Shown here: positions 49,318-63,146 of the stretch, piece by piece
Layout: each line of letters begins with the position of its first letter
How positions within the stretch are numbered: the first letter of the stretch is position 1
From: Azolla caroliniana
Taxonomy: Eukaryota; Plantae; Polypodiophyta
Direction of reading: 5' to 3'
NCBI GenBank assembly: GCA_043228905.1
Contig: JBHGNT010000016.1
Location: 18,600,001-18,664,000 of the forward strand
Length of the DNA stretch: 64,000 nucleotides
Translations under genes and position numbers: made by a program
Notes under the pieces: model-generated
Seen by the model: only the letters and a program-made list of their open reading frames with translations
What the model was told of the DNA's origin: nothing
Databases searched by the model: none

Positions 49318-52300
49318 AGACAAAGATACTGCTCCAGCGTTTGATTTGTTCGTTCTGCTTGGCTGTCTGTTTGCGGGTGGTAGCCGGAGGAGAGGTTACA
49401 AGTGACCTTGAGCATTTTAAAGAGGTGCTTCCAGAATTTCGAGACGAACTGGGGTCCACGGTCGCTGATGATACTATCGGAGAGGCTTCACTGGAGATTT
49501 CCTTAGTACATGGCAGGAAATGGGCCATCTTCATATATCAATCTACTACTGTCAAGATCGCATCGAATCCCCTAGAAACTAGAAGATTTGTGATGAAATC
49601 TAGAGCAATGAATTGCCACGGCTTGCTTGGAATTGGTAATGGTTCTAATAAACCATATGGATGATGCCTTGGCATTTTTTCTCTGCAACATGTATCACAA
49701 GTTTGGACAAAATCTTCGACAAATCGTCGCATATGGGGCCACCAAAATGATCATTGTACTAAATCTAATGTTTTAGTACTACCAAAATGCCCGGTTGTAT
49801 ATGTGTCATGATAGTTTTGGACTACTTGAAGGCGACAAGAACCATTAGGAACATACAAGAGTTTCTTAAAGAATAGTAATCCATCATGACATTCGAATTG
49901 TCGATAGTTCGTACTTGGTTGTTACGACTGTGAACAAGATTTTCAAGAGGGATCAATTTGTGCGAGAATGGCTTGGGCGAAAGCATCTGTCTTCAAGTCC
50001 TCCCGTATGGTATCGATAACGTGGGAATCTAATGGCATACCAAAGACTTGTGTTGCTTGCAGTTGTGCCGGTCCCAGGATTACTTGCTTTTGGTTCTCGA
50101 AAGCTGGCTCGCCGGGACGCAATGCTAGATACGAGCGTCGTGATAATGCATCTACCTTACCTTGGCTCTTTCTCGAACGATATGAAATTTTGAAGTCGAA
50201 ATGAGTGAGGAATTGGGCCCACCGAGCTTGACGTCGATTTAACACACGAGCATTCTGAAAGCAGGCAAGGTTTTTATGATCACTGAATACGGTGACTTGA
50301 TGAGAAGATCCCTCTAGAAAATTCTTCCATTGCGTAAAAGAGTCCACTATTGCTAATAGCTCATTATCATGAATTTCATAGTTGATTTCGGCGGCGGCAA
50401 ACTAGTGTGAGTGGAAAGCCACAAGTTGTAGCTTTTCAAGATCACCTTGTTGTGACAGAATGCTACCCTAGGTGAATTTGATGCGTCAGCCTCAATGATG
50501 AATGGTTTTTCCGGATCAACATGAGCTAGAATAGGAGCTGATGTAAATGCCTTCTTAAGAATCTCAAAAGCCATGTCCGCATCTTCAGACCAAACGAACA
50601 ATTGTCCCTTCCTGGTAAGCTCTGTGAGAGGCAGAACAAGCTTTGAGTAATCCTGTATAAATTTGCGGTAGAAATTGGCAAATCCTAAAAAACATTGCAC
50701 ATCTCCCAACGACCATGGAGTCTGCCATTCTACCATCATTTTGACCTTAGTTGGATCCATGGAGATGCCTTCCGGGGAGATGACATAGCCTAGAAATTCC
50801 ACCTGGCACTCGAAGCTACATTTTTCTAGTTTTGCATAAAGACCATGTTCTCAAAGCTGTTTTAGTACTAACAATACATGAGAATCATGCTCTTCTTGGG
50901 TCTTCGAATAAACCAGTAGATCATCCAAATAGATGATCAAACAAACATCCAAGAGATCTCAGAATATATCATTTGCCATGTGTTGGAAGACTGTTGGTGC
51001 ATTAGTGAGACCGAATGGCATGACCGAATACTCAAAGTGCCCATATTTGGTGCGGAACGCGGTCTTCCATTCATCTCCTAGTCGGATCCGTACAAGGTTA
51101 TGTGCTCCTCGTAAGTCGATCTTTGTGAAGAACCTTGCACCATTGATCCGTTCTAAAAGACTTGAGATAAGGGGAAGTGCATACCTATTCCTGATGGTGA
51201 CCTTATTCAAGCCGCGATAGTCTATGACGAGACGAAGTGATCCATCCTTTTTCTTGGCGAAGAAAATGGGTGCGCCGGTTGAAGATTTCGAACGTCGAAT
51301 GAAACCGTTTGCCAAATTCTCCTCTATATAGGCTCGAAGGACTTCTAGCTCGATTGGTGACAAATTGTAGATTGGTCCCCATGGTGGCTCTTTTCCCGGT
51401 AGTAAATTGATGGGGCAATCATACGGTTGGTGGTGAGGAAGAGTATTTGCTTGTACCTTATTGAACACATCGGCATATTGATGGTACTTCTCTAGAAGTT
51501 GAATTGTGGATTCCTCTTTAGTAGTGTTGGAAGGTTTTACTGATACCGCGAAGACAAACATTGCTTCCTTGTGTCCTTCCTCACGCAATTGATGTAGCGA
51601 AATGGTTGCAATTCTTATGAGTAGATCCTCGGATTTGTCGATACCGGATTTCTCTTGTTCTCCAATCTATGTCTAGGTTATGTAATTCGAACCACGGTAA
51701 CTCCAAGACAATTGGATGATCTGGACTACTAATTATATTAAATGATACTACACACACCAAGGTATCTAGGACAACTTGAATCAGCTCTGATTCCTCTATG
51801 ATTTTTCCGGAAGCAATGGGACAACCATCAATAACTACTACAGATGCTAGGCAAGAAAGTTTTCTTAGGGATGTCTGATGAGCTTGGGCAAAATTCCAAT
51901 CCATGAAGCAAGAGTTGGCTCCAAAATCTAAGAGTGTTAAGACATGTACTGGAGGAGTACTTTTAGTACTAACCATTACTTGTGCTAAGAACACATTGCT
52001 AACTTCCTTAGAGGAAATGGAACCACTAATGAGCTGCACAGATCTAGGGTTGTCCAACCAAATGGCTCCTATTTTGGCTAGACTTAACCGTTTAACTCTT
52101 CTTCTAGTTGACTAAGGATTTCAAATTTGTTTGAAAGGCTTGGGCTATTAGGACTATCAGACACACCTAAAGAAATAGACTCGAGTTTAGTACTATTAGT
52201 ACTAGCGGTTATTTGATTTACCTACCTTCTTAGCCGATGGGGCAGTTCACTGCAATATGCCATGGTCCACCGCAATAAAGACATAATCAATTTGCTCGGC

Positions 52301-52556
52301 GTCACTGCTTTTCTTCTTTCAATAGGGGTCCGCGACAACATGTGGTGTCAATTTCCATTAGAGTCAGAGTATTTGTTGGAGACGTATTAAATGACTCCCT
52401 TGGGAAAGACTTTGCTACAATTGACGCGTAGGTGGGCTCCGATCTTGCCCTCAGCATTTCAAACTTACGTTATAAACGTCGTTCGAAGAGGCGGTTATCG
52501 CATCGTACTGCGTGACTGATTGCTTCTGTCAATGACTTTGGTTCTTCGGGGAACGT
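49318..52556 (-). pseudogene. Chromovirus C: decayed gag-pol, truncated at both ends
   Basis: Colinear with A/B from late gag to integrase, with stops and frameshifts. Confidence 0.92.
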
Positions 52557-52850
52557 TGTCGGGGTAGTTGTGGTTTGTCCGGCGAAGTCGCAGGGACTAA
52601 GGTTAAAGGGAGTTGACCAAACTTTTATAAGGCTTTGCGCACAAATGTTAGGAAGATTAAGGATAAGAAGAATAAGAGTTTAAAGTAATGTGTGAGAGAG
52701 AGATGAGCATAGATAAAAGATAGAGAGAATGTATGATTTAAGAAGAAAGAGTATAAGATATGAACATGATTTATATTAAAATAAGAAAACTAGTTTTTAC
52801 CAACATTACAATGCATTATAACAAGATGAACCCTTTCTCTACCGACTCTT

Positions 52851-52904
52851 GATTTGAACCCTTGACTCGAACTTGGAAACACGAGCCTCTTCACCAACAA
52901 GCTA
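52851..52904 (-). promoter_or_regulatory. Second, oppositely oriented tRNA-like cassette in H LTR
   Basis: Minus strand TAGCTTGTTGG, 35 nt, TTCAAATC. Confidence 0.55.
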
Positions 52905-53175
52905 ACTTGTTTATTTCATTAATTATGTTCTAACTTTCTCTTGAATCCCCTTTTATTTTCCTTTCCCCTCTTTTTATAAGTATTGTCATGCATATGGTAA
53001 TGTGTAAGAGCATGGCATGCATGTAATGCATAAGTTACATGTGATGCATGATCGCCATTTGGCGCACATGCATTACATGTGATGCATGATAGCCATCATG
53101 CTCATTTGAGCTCCCATGTATGAAAATATATATGGGATAAGTATAATGATGGATATAACCCTAAAACAAATAACC

Positions 53176-53232
53176 TAGCTTAGTGGTGTATGCTTTGTCC
53201 TTGATATACAAGGTTGAGGGTTCAAGTCCCTC
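53176..53232 (+). promoter_or_regulatory. tRNA-like cassette in H LTR (consensus A box, perfect T arm)
   Basis: TAGCTTAGTGG, 34 nt to TTC; T arm GAGGG-TTCAAGT-CCCTC. Confidence 0.7.
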
Positions 53233-56200
53233 AATTTTACTTAATACAATATTTAAGTTTATTCTTATATAGTGAAGCACATTCTTGAACCCTTGCCCCC
53301 ATCATTGTTTCTGAATCAATATCCTGATTTCTTTGTTGCGTCTTCCCCTCAAGTATAAAAAACTGTGAATTCATTCCATTCTATCCATATCTAACAAATC
53401 ATTACAATCCACCGATCCGTTTGGTTGATTGGATAGACGAAGTAATCTATTAATTAATGTTTTTTTGTCAAACTTTTATTTGCTTTTATTGAATTGAGCC
53501 TTTCTGAATTTTTTTTATTAAAAACTAAATTAGGATGGAAGTTTGGTTATTCCCCTGATAATCAGATATCCTATTTCTTCCCCATTTTATATTTTTCAAA
53601 TATCGGATATGCGTTTGAGACGGGTGAACAACTCACTTTACCAAAACCAATGGATACTACTAGTGATAGAACCAACCATTTTTTCATCCAGTTATTCGTA
53701 ATTCTTCTTCGCATAGATCTATGATTGTTGCCAAGTCTCCACCCAAACGGATCCTCACCAATGTTTGCGTTACTCAAGCCGACATTCTCAATCCTTTCTG
53801 TCCCATCTAATTCATTGAGGAAATATGTGGCCTTATCTGTTATTTTCCTAACTTCATAAGGTCCAAACCATCTTTTTCTGAACTTCCGAATAGTACTGTA
53901 TTGATTATCTAGGCTACTATCATATACTAATACCCAGTCTCCCTCTTGCACCTTCCTTGGTCGTATTCTTTTTATCTTGTCAAATATGTCCTTATTCTTG
54001 ATTCTTGCCTCTTTCAATCTAGTAGCAACTTTTTCTATGTCTTTTGTCTTGGATTGATGTTGTCGTATCCGAATAGCAAGTAAATCTTCCCTACTCATTT
54101 CTGATTCCCAAGGCAACACAACCCATGTAGTTATCTTTTCTTCAATTGGCATTATCGGCTTCTGTCCTGTGATTAATTCTGCAAGCATATATCCAGTAAT
54201 AGTGTTATGAGTTGTCTTATCAGCCCATAGTGCATAGGGTAAGACTTTTGGCCAATCACTGACTCGTCCTTTACATGCCTTTGCTAAAGCTTTGACTATT
54301 GGCCCATGTCCCCTTTCTATCTTTCCATTAGCTTCCGTATTGTATGTCGTTGTTAAAGATAGCCTAATCCCTATTTTGTCGAAAAAATATTGAGCTTCTA
54401 CAAAATTGAACTCTCCCCTATCTGCTACTATCTTCCCGATACATCCATATCTATAAACAATGTCCTCCAAGATGAATTGACATACTCCTAATGTCCCTTT
54501 TGTTCGCAATGCACGTCCTTCCACTTGATTTGTTAGATCTTCTCTTGCAAGAACCAAGTATATCTTTTGTCCTACTCCAAGTGGCATTGTTACCAAATCT
54601 ATCATCCACTTGTAATGCACCCCCGGTGAGTATGTTGGGTGTAATTCATCACAAAATTTTACATTTGAATAATATTGACAACTGGGACAAGTTTCCACAT
54701 ACTTTTTTATTTGCTCATAGTATCGAGGCCACCAAAACCGTTCTTTAATCTTACTGAAAGTGGCCCACACTCCTCGATGACCGGCCCATTCTTTGTCATG
54801 CAGCTCTCTGATTATCTCCTTTCTTTGCCCTTCAGAACCTATTACTCTTTGTGGGTTTCCAGTCTTGGTTTTCGGATGTCCCCATAGATATCCTTCATGC
54901 AGGAAGAACTTATGGGCTTTCTTGCAAAACTGTGCAAACTCTTTTCCAGATCGACCTTTGTACTTGTCAAGGGTTTGTAGGTATTTCCCTATTTCCTTGA
55001 ATTCTTCTTCATACTCCTCTTCTAGAAACTGCATTCCTCCTTCCCGGGTAATGCTTGTGGTAAGGACTGTTTGTTCTTTGTCCTCATCGTCCGAGTCTGG
55101 AATCTCCTCTTCCTCATACCTTGCTCTTGATAACATATCTGCTACTTCATTTCTATTCCCAAAGATATGTCGAACTTCAGGGTTGACTGATCTAATATAG
55201 ATACACCATCTTAACATGTCTTGATTTGGAATATCACAATTAGCTATGATACCAAGAATAGGCAAACAATCTGTTTCTATTATTACTTCAGCACCAATTA
55301 AGTAATCTCTATCTGTCTTAACTGTTGTTACTACCCCCCATAACTCTTTTTGACCTATGCATATTTTCTTTGTTCACCACTAAGAACCTTCGCTCCGAAT
55401 CGGATTGGATACCTTTCTTCCCCATCTTGTTGGCTTATCACCCATCCAACTCCAATGGGATTGGAGTCTACTGTGAGATATATGGGCCGGGTGTAGTCAG
55501 GTTGCTTTAATGGTGGAGCTTGTGCCAAGTAACACTTCAATTTCCTCATTGCCTCCGAATGCTCTTCACTCCATTCAAATGTTTCTCCTTTTCTTAGGAG
55601 TCTGTATAAAGATTCAGATAAATGGGCATAATGCGGAATCCATCTACAGTAAAAAACACATACCCCCAGAAACCTTCATACTTCGGAGACGGATGTACAT
55701 TCCTCTTGCATGTTTTGAATTGCATTGACCTTGGTGGGGGATGGATTTCTCCCATACGGGCCACACAGATGACCAACTATTAATATCTCTTTTGCCCCAA
55801 ATATTGATTTCGCCCCTGATAAGGTCAAATGCACTTCTTCCATCCTTGATAGTATCTTCTCACAATCCTTGATATGGTCGGCAACGAATTGTCAGCAACC
55901 ATCTTCATCCAATTCCTCATTCTTCTCTTCCTCCTTGCATCCCTTGATTGGAACATCATCTAAAAAAGGCATTGTAATATGAGGAATAAAATCACGAAGT
56001 ACCTTGTTCATTCCATTCATCATATGCGCCACTGAGTTGGTCGCTCCTTGCGGCAAGGTACACATCTGTACTAACCCTATAGGTGTCTTGATAGAAGTAA
56101 TATCTCGACTTTTGATATCAAGTTGAAATTGATCATACCTAGAATAAAGGTCTCCCATTGAATATATAGCTCTTCATGCAAATATCTCAGCAAACTCATC

Positions 56201-56397
56201 CACAATTGGTCCTACTCCCAAGTTTCGGATTGTTACCTTATTCACGGGTTGCATATCTTGGATAAATCGGAGCCGTCCATCTTTCTTTAACACAGTGAAC
56301 CGTCGACTCGAGTAAGGTGCATTCGATGGTTCCAAGATACCCACCCTTATCTTTTCTTTCAAAAGTTCTAATAGTTGAGGGATTCTAGCCCTAGCGC

Positions 56398-59300
56398 CTT
56401 CACGGTTGAGACCCGGAAGAAACTTCGGATCAGTGGAGGTGGGTTTCTCACAAAATGAAGAAGAACGGTTTCGTGAGATATTGGAGCAGCATGGACGAGC
56501 ATTTGCATTCACATCCAAAGAGATAGGGTGTGCTGACCCGAAGATAGTGGAACCGATGGTGATCTTCACGATTGATCATGTGTCGTGGAACCTGAAGCCG
56601 ATTCCGGTGCCACAGGCGCATATTCCGAAAATCATTGACTTGCTCAAGGAGAAGGTGGCGATGGGGATTCTAGAGCCATCCAACGCTCCATACTCAAATT
56701 GATGGTTTACGGTTCCGAAGAAGAATGGGTCACTCCGATTTATTCAAGATTTGCAACCGGTGAACAAGGTCACGATCCGGAACTCTGGAGTCAGTTCGAT
56801 AGTGGACGAATTTGCGGAAGTGTTTGCCGGTCGCGCGATATACTCCATCGGAGACCTATACTCCGAGTATGACCAATTCCAACTAGCCGTGGAGAGCCGA
56901 GACATCACTACCATGCGAACACCGATAGGATTGGTCTGGATGTGCACGCTACCACAAGGCACGACGAACTCGGTCGCACATATGATGAATGCGATGAACA
57001 AGGTGCTCCGGGACTGCATTCTGGAGATAACGATGTCATTCCTAGATGACATTCTGATAAAAGGATGTGCGATGGAAGAAAAAGATGAGACTATGGATGA
57101 TCAGGGATGCCGAAAGTTCGTAGTCGACCATATTCGTGATTGCGAGAAAGTGTTACAGAAGTTAGAAGATGTGCACCTAACATTCTCCGGAGAGAAATCG
57201 GCATTCGGACAAGAAGAGATATTGGTAGTCGGACATCTACGTGGGCCCTACGGCCGAAGACCGTCGCCAGTTAAGATTGATGTGATTCAAGCTATGAAAG
57301 AAATATGCGAGTCACAATCCGAAGTCCGTAGATTTCTTGGGGCATGTGCATTCTATCACATATGGATTCCGCACTATGCACACATTGCGGATCCACTCTA
57401 TCACTTGTTGCGGAAGGGGAAGAAGTTTGAATGGAAACCGAAACATACCAAAGTCGTGAAGAAGCTCAAGAAATCACTACAGAGGGCAGAAGCATTTAAG
57501 AAGCCGAACTATGACCGACCGATTATAGTAACGGTTGATACAAGTCGAACCGGGATCGGATGGGTCATCAATCAAGCCGATTCGGATGGTTCACGATATC
57601 CAATCTGATTTGGAGCAAAGGTTCTCAACGAAAGGCAACGCGGATATGCACAAGTTAAAAGAGAATTATGGGGAGTTGTGTCGGCAATAAAATCATATCG
57701 AGATTACTTAATTGGAGCCGAAGTAGTGATCGAAACGGATTGTCTTCCAATACTCTGTATGATGCGGTGTTGCACGATACCGGATGTGTCTATGCTAAGA
57801 TGGATTGCATATGTAAAGTCGCTTAATCCAAAGATATGACACATCTCCGGAAAAGATAACGCGGTAGTGGATATGCTATCAAGGGCACGGTTCAGAGACG
57901 ACATAGCCGAATCCGATAATGAAGAAGTTTCCGAAAATTACTTTACTTCGGAGCACATATGCCGGGTGAACGAAATCCGAGAATTCCGGGTAGAAGAATA
58001 CGAGGGAGAAAGTTTGTTGATCGGGAAAGTGCTACAAGAAATCGAGGAAGCATCGGACAATAAAAAAAAGAGAGTCGAGATCCGAAATAAGAAGCGGCAA
58101 CTCCAAAAGTTTTTCTTGAACAATGGATTAATTTGGAGGGAACCGAAAAGACCGAATGGTATACCACTATGGGTAGTCGGAATAAAAGAGCAACAAAACT
58201 GAATAATGTCTGAATTTCACGAATTCGATTGGGCTGGACATTGGGGAACATGGGCAACATTCGCGAAGATCAAACGAAAATATTGGTGGAAGAATATGTA
58301 CAAAGATGCAACGGAGTTCACGGAAAGCTATGAGAAATGTCAAATCTACTCCGGACTTCGACACCGAGATGAATTACATTCGATATTCTCACCGACAATC
58401 AACTTCAAATGGATGGTGGACATTGTGGCCATGCCAACCGGGATCGGACAAAAGAAGTACTTGGTGTTAGCCCGAGAAGATCTAACAAACCAAGTAGAAG
58501 GACGGGCACTACGGAGGAAAACACATTCCGCGGTATGCCAATTTCTCTTGGAAGAATTGTTCTGCAGGTACGGGTGTGTTGGACAAGTGGTTGCAGATCG
58601 GGGAGAACTTGACATTGATAAAGCTAGGGAATTCTTTGTTAGACATGGAGTACGATTAACACTAACCACGGCATACAATCCGGAAGCCAACGGGAAGGTC
58701 GAACAAGGACATAGTCCAATCGTCAAAGCAGTTGCAAAAGCATGTGATGGAAGGATTGGCCGCAGATGCTTCCATATGCACTATGGGTGGATCGCACGAC
58801 GCATAGTTTGGTGACCAGTTATATGCCAGCCGAACTTATGACCGGACAAGCACCGGTAATTCCGACGGAAACCACAATTGCAACATGGATAGTGCTATCG
58901 TGGAAGGAAGAATTGAGCCGGGAAGAACTAGTAGCAGTCCGGATACGATAACTAGAGGGAAGACCGGAAGACATAGCGGAAGCAACACGCCGACAATAGG
59001 AAGCGCGATTCCGGAACAAAGGTCGATTCGACACAAAGCATCGACTACGACCACAAAAGATTGAAGAAGGAGATTGGGTGATCGGTCTATGACAGTAGTT
59101 TGGATCATCAACATACAACGATACGAAAGTTTGCTAAAAGGTGGTTCGGGCCATACGAGGTTCGGAATGTTTTCGACAACAGAACTTACCGACTATGCGA
59201 GTTGGATGGAACAGTACTACAGGTCCTATAGCGGGGAAACGGGTGAAGATTTTCAAGAAGCGGACTGACGACGAACCTTATGTAAGCTTAAACAAGACCA

Positions 59301-59926
59301 ACAACAAGGAGCAATCGGACAAAGATCGCGGTGATGCGGAAAACGAAGAAAGTGGACTACAATTGATAATCGACATAAGGGGAGAATCGGAGAGTGCTAC
59401 GAATGAAGGCAAATAACAAGCATCGGGAACTTCGGCACATGCCAGAGGATGTGCGGGTTCGGAGGGGGTGAGTGTCGTAGTGTATTTCGTACACTACATG
59501 AAAAACGTATATAGTATTCGGTACATACTCGAGTTAAAAGAAAAGTTATGTGATAGAAAGCTAATCGTGCACATGTAGTGTGCATGAAAACTAAAGTTAG
59601 AAAAAGCATGATGCTTGCATGTGATAAACTTAGACTCTTCCATCACTATATAAGGAAGAGAGAAAGATATATATGGGGTTGATTTTTTATAAGGGTTGAT
59701 TAATATAAGATATTCGTGGGATTCACGATTTTGCCATCTACTTCTCTCTTACAATCTAAGTATCAATTAATACACTATACTCGTGGGATTCACGAGTTTC
59801 ATATCTTCATCTTGCAATCTATTCATAACAAGCTAACCTTATCTCATATTCTTCTTTCTCCTAGTCCAAAACCCCAGTGGTTCCCACCCGACTCACACAA
59901 ACGATCCTGCGCCGAAAGGCACGACA
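56398..59926 (+). mobile_element. Non-chromovirus Ty3/Gypsy I: RT-RH-INT and 3' LTR
   Basis: GDLYSEYDQFQL, SFLDDILIKG, VTVDTS, ADRGE; PPT GGAGGGGGTGAG; LTR 59473-59926 TGTCGT..ACGACA. Confidence 0.9.
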
Positions 59927-60870
59927 CCGTCCTACTGCCTTCGCAACGGCTGCGTCCGCCTTGTCCGGAAGGCCGACTAGCTCCGAGTCTCCATAATCGA
60001 ACCGTGTGCTAGATTTCTCCTCCTCTTCGACATTCACCTACAGAGCCTCGAACGCTTCCCGGACCAGGGCCTCGACATCGATTTTTGCTGAATCGTCTCG
60101 TCGCACGTTCACTTCCTGGCACCTGCTATGATGGCATGCCGTCGCACGTCATCTTCCCCTTTCCTTTCGCGGGCCGCTCCTCATCCAGCCGTCGGCATAC
60201 CCATTCGACTTTCGACCAGTCATCGGTAAGGCCATTCGCTCTATCATCATCTTCTAGTTAGATTATGAAGGCCATCCGTTTATTCCGGTCGATCGACTTC
60301 CCGAACATCAGAACCTTATCCACCCCCACCCGTCTTAGTTTTCGCTACGGGAGCCAAGCAAAGCGCCGCCCGAACTCTAGGAACGCCTTCATTGCGCCCC
60401 GGTGGGTCTTCGCCGATGCAACCCACTAGTCGAAGTTGCACCGTCCATTTCCACGTTGGACTTCCAAGTAGAGTGGGACTTTCTCCCTGTTGAAACGGCC
60501 GACTCATTCGACCACATACCTGACCGCTTGTTGTGCCGCTTCTCATCTCATTGTCACTCGTCCGAACTCCATCACCACTTCGGCCACCATCTCCGCAAAG
60601 TCATCGTCTTCCAACTCCATCCTCCCTTGCCGCCCTTTCACGTCGGTTTCACCAAAGATGTCACAGAAATCCCCGGGTACGTGTTAGATCTAGGGCGGGA
60701 CCATCGAGGTCTTGGACCTGAGAGAGACGGAGCATAGAGGGTTGAGTTCACCATTTCCAGCAACCGGCTAGAACACCGATCAGAGTGTTTCGGGATACGT
60801 ACCGGAAGCAACCGAATGAGAGAGAGAAAAGAACATGTTACCCGGCCGGCAAAGGAGTTAAAGACCAAAA
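59927..60870 (-). pseudogene. gag remnant J of the same non-chromovirus lineage
   Basis: VGRFNREKVPLYLE matches F gag VGKLNGKDVTSYLE. Confidence 0.6.
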
Positions 60871-62622
60871 TGTGAAAGGGATAGTTATTCGAAATCTATT
60901 TTAATTAAGTAGAATAGATTATAATTATGTAGTGACCGGACAGACTGGAATCGGTATGCCGATCCGGATCCGGACCGGTTCCGAACAGGTGCCGGTTGGC
61001 ACCGTTTTGTACGCAGCACCGGTGACCTATATAAAGTCCCGGTTACAATGTAAAACTTTAACTGAGAATTAATATAAGCTTCTTGTTTTATCTTCACGTA
61101 TTGATTACCGTTCTGTATTAATTGTTATATCTTACGCGTGTATTAAGTGAATGCCTTATTGCTAAGTAGCCAATTAAGTCGGATTAATCGTTGTGTCTTA
61201 AGTTATCTCACCGTAACACCCCTTTGGTGAAGTGTCTTCCGGAGACACCCTGTGTTAGGCCATTATCCGGCCCTAAGGATTAACACAGTTTTTGGCGACC
61301 ACGATTCCTGCACAATCGCAGTGAACAACGGTAGGAATGGATGACGCGACCAACAAACGACCCGGTTACGGTGCGAGCAAGGAGGCTTGCTGAACGGCTA
61401 AGGAAGCGAGAGGCTTTCCAGCAAGCGGCAGAAGAAATCAGAGCGGATCGCTCATTTTCCAAGGAGATCCGGAGAGTGGCCAAGGAGTCGCTTCGGCTAC
61501 CACAAAACGACTACCCAGACGAAGGAAGCAGCCTCCGGGACGCGGAATCCCTTCTCCAGGCATTGGCAATGGGCGAAGGCGAATCCGAAGCATTTTCGGC
61601 ATTTGAATCGGGTTTGGACGGGGAATACAGCACGCAGACAAACTACCGCAACAGTAACGACACCCTAGATGGACCAGAGGATGAGGAGTCGGAAACTTGG
61701 CCGACACCGGAACCAAAATTGACAACGTTGGAACCTCCGGCACCAAAGGTCGAGCACACTCCGGAACCAGAACCAGAAGTCGAGGACGAGAGACCTCCGA
61801 CATCGGAAGTCGTGGAGGAGAGACCTCCGACGCCGACAAAGGAAGGGGAAAGACCACCAACACCACCAAGCCGCGTACCAACACCAGATGACGATATGTC
61901 GTTCCAATATCCCAGATAACGGGATGATCTGGACATGGAAGCCCATGTCCATGCGTTTCAGCAGACCTAGGAGGCGAACCATGTGTCCCAACGCTTAAAT
62001 GCAGTCGAAGAGGAACACTCAAAAAGGGCAGAGTTCGGCATGACCTTGGAGGGACCGGCCGCCAGATGGCACCGAACACAAAATCCCAGCACCATCCCCA
62101 CGTTTGAAACATTAAAGACAAAAATTTTGCATTTCTTTCACAAGGAGATGGACCAATGGGAAATGGTAGGCTTATTTTACAATATCCGGCAAGAACCAAC
62201 GGAGAACATTCAACAATTTGTCATCCGGTTCCAGCGGATCCACAGTCAGCTCAGCCGGACACCACTGGAGGAAGAAACAAAGGCCATATTCTTAGCAGCC
62301 CTCCGGGAACCCTTACGTACGGTCTGCACAGTTATTGATTTCCGCACCAGCAGCATAGATCAAGTGATCGACCGAGTTCGGGAAATGGAAACCTCAAGTT
62401 CATGGCTAACCATAGGCGCACTTCAGCGTGCACTACCAACGGAAGAGGACCTCCGTTTCCGGCAAGCAATTCAATGTACGACATGCCTAAATGCCGGACA
62501 TTTGACGTTGGAATGCACCATGCGTTCCCAATGCTTGCTCTGCCACTCCAGAAGTCACACAATGGAACGGTGGGAGTATAACTTGTTAAATCGGCAAGCA
62601 CCACCGGTCTGGCAAATTGAAC
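60871..62622 (+). mobile_element. Ty3/Gypsy K: 5' LTR, tRNA-type PBS, gag with stops; interrupted by L
   Basis: LTR 60871-~61287; PBS TGGCGACCACG 61293-61303 (tRNA-Arg-like); retrotransposon-gag LEGPAARW, IRQEPTENIQQFVIRF; two CCHC knuckles. Confidence 0.8.
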
Positions 62623-62784
62623 TGTCATGAACACATGACCATTATGGCGTCACCCGGACTTGAACCTCGAACCTTGTAATCCATACTTGAAAACCTCAAC
62701 CATTAAGATAGCTTATTGTTATATGAAACAATATAACAAAGCTACTTCTTGAATTACATTGATTATTGTAAAAACTCTAGATTT

Positions 62785-62848
62785 TTCTAGAATGTTCTAG
62801 AATGTCCTAGAGCATTCTAGGTCTAGAACATTCTAGAACATTCTAGAA
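62785..62848. promoter_or_regulatory. Expanded heat-shock element array in L LTR
   Basis: TTCtaGAAtgTTCtaGAA...GAAcaTTCtaGAAcaTTCtaGAA upstream of TATAAAT (62874). Confidence 0.8.
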
Positions 62849-63082
62849 ATCTCTAAGATATTCTATAGGAACCTATAAATAAGGGCATACGTGTATTCTC
62901 AAATCAATTCGAATCAACACCAGTCTTTAGATCTCATTACATATCTTGTATCCATTCTCTTTCTTTCTCTATCTTATACATCCATTCTTCTCTTAGTATT
63001 TGGTTCCTTTCTTCTCGTGTTCTCTAATATCCTTCTTCCATCACTCTATCTTTTATCCTTGGTTCTGACAGTTTGATTCGAA

Positions 63083-63143
<61 letters not shown>

Positions 63144-63146
<3 letters not shown>

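Larger units (their letters stand above)
52557..56397 (-). mobile_element. Non-chromovirus Ty3/Gypsy H: RT-RH-INT and 3' LTR
   Basis: 3' LTR ~52557-53281; PPT-like GGGGGCAAGGG; 564-aa RH/INT ORF 53571-55265 (GHRG, CPSC, ADRGE, WFGPY); PFLDDVPIKG. Confidence 0.88.

Noticed and set aside
53169-53245. Functional tRNA gene (possible TTG anticodon)
   Set aside because: No acceptor stem and poor D and anticodon stems. Only the A box and T arm survive, so it is reported as a tRNA-like cassette; the same holds for the chromovirus copies.
61341-61919. Novel acidic/proline-rich 192-aa protein with ERPPT repeats
   Set aside because: Lies right after the K PBS and in frame with gag; it is the low-complexity gag N-terminus cut by a stop.
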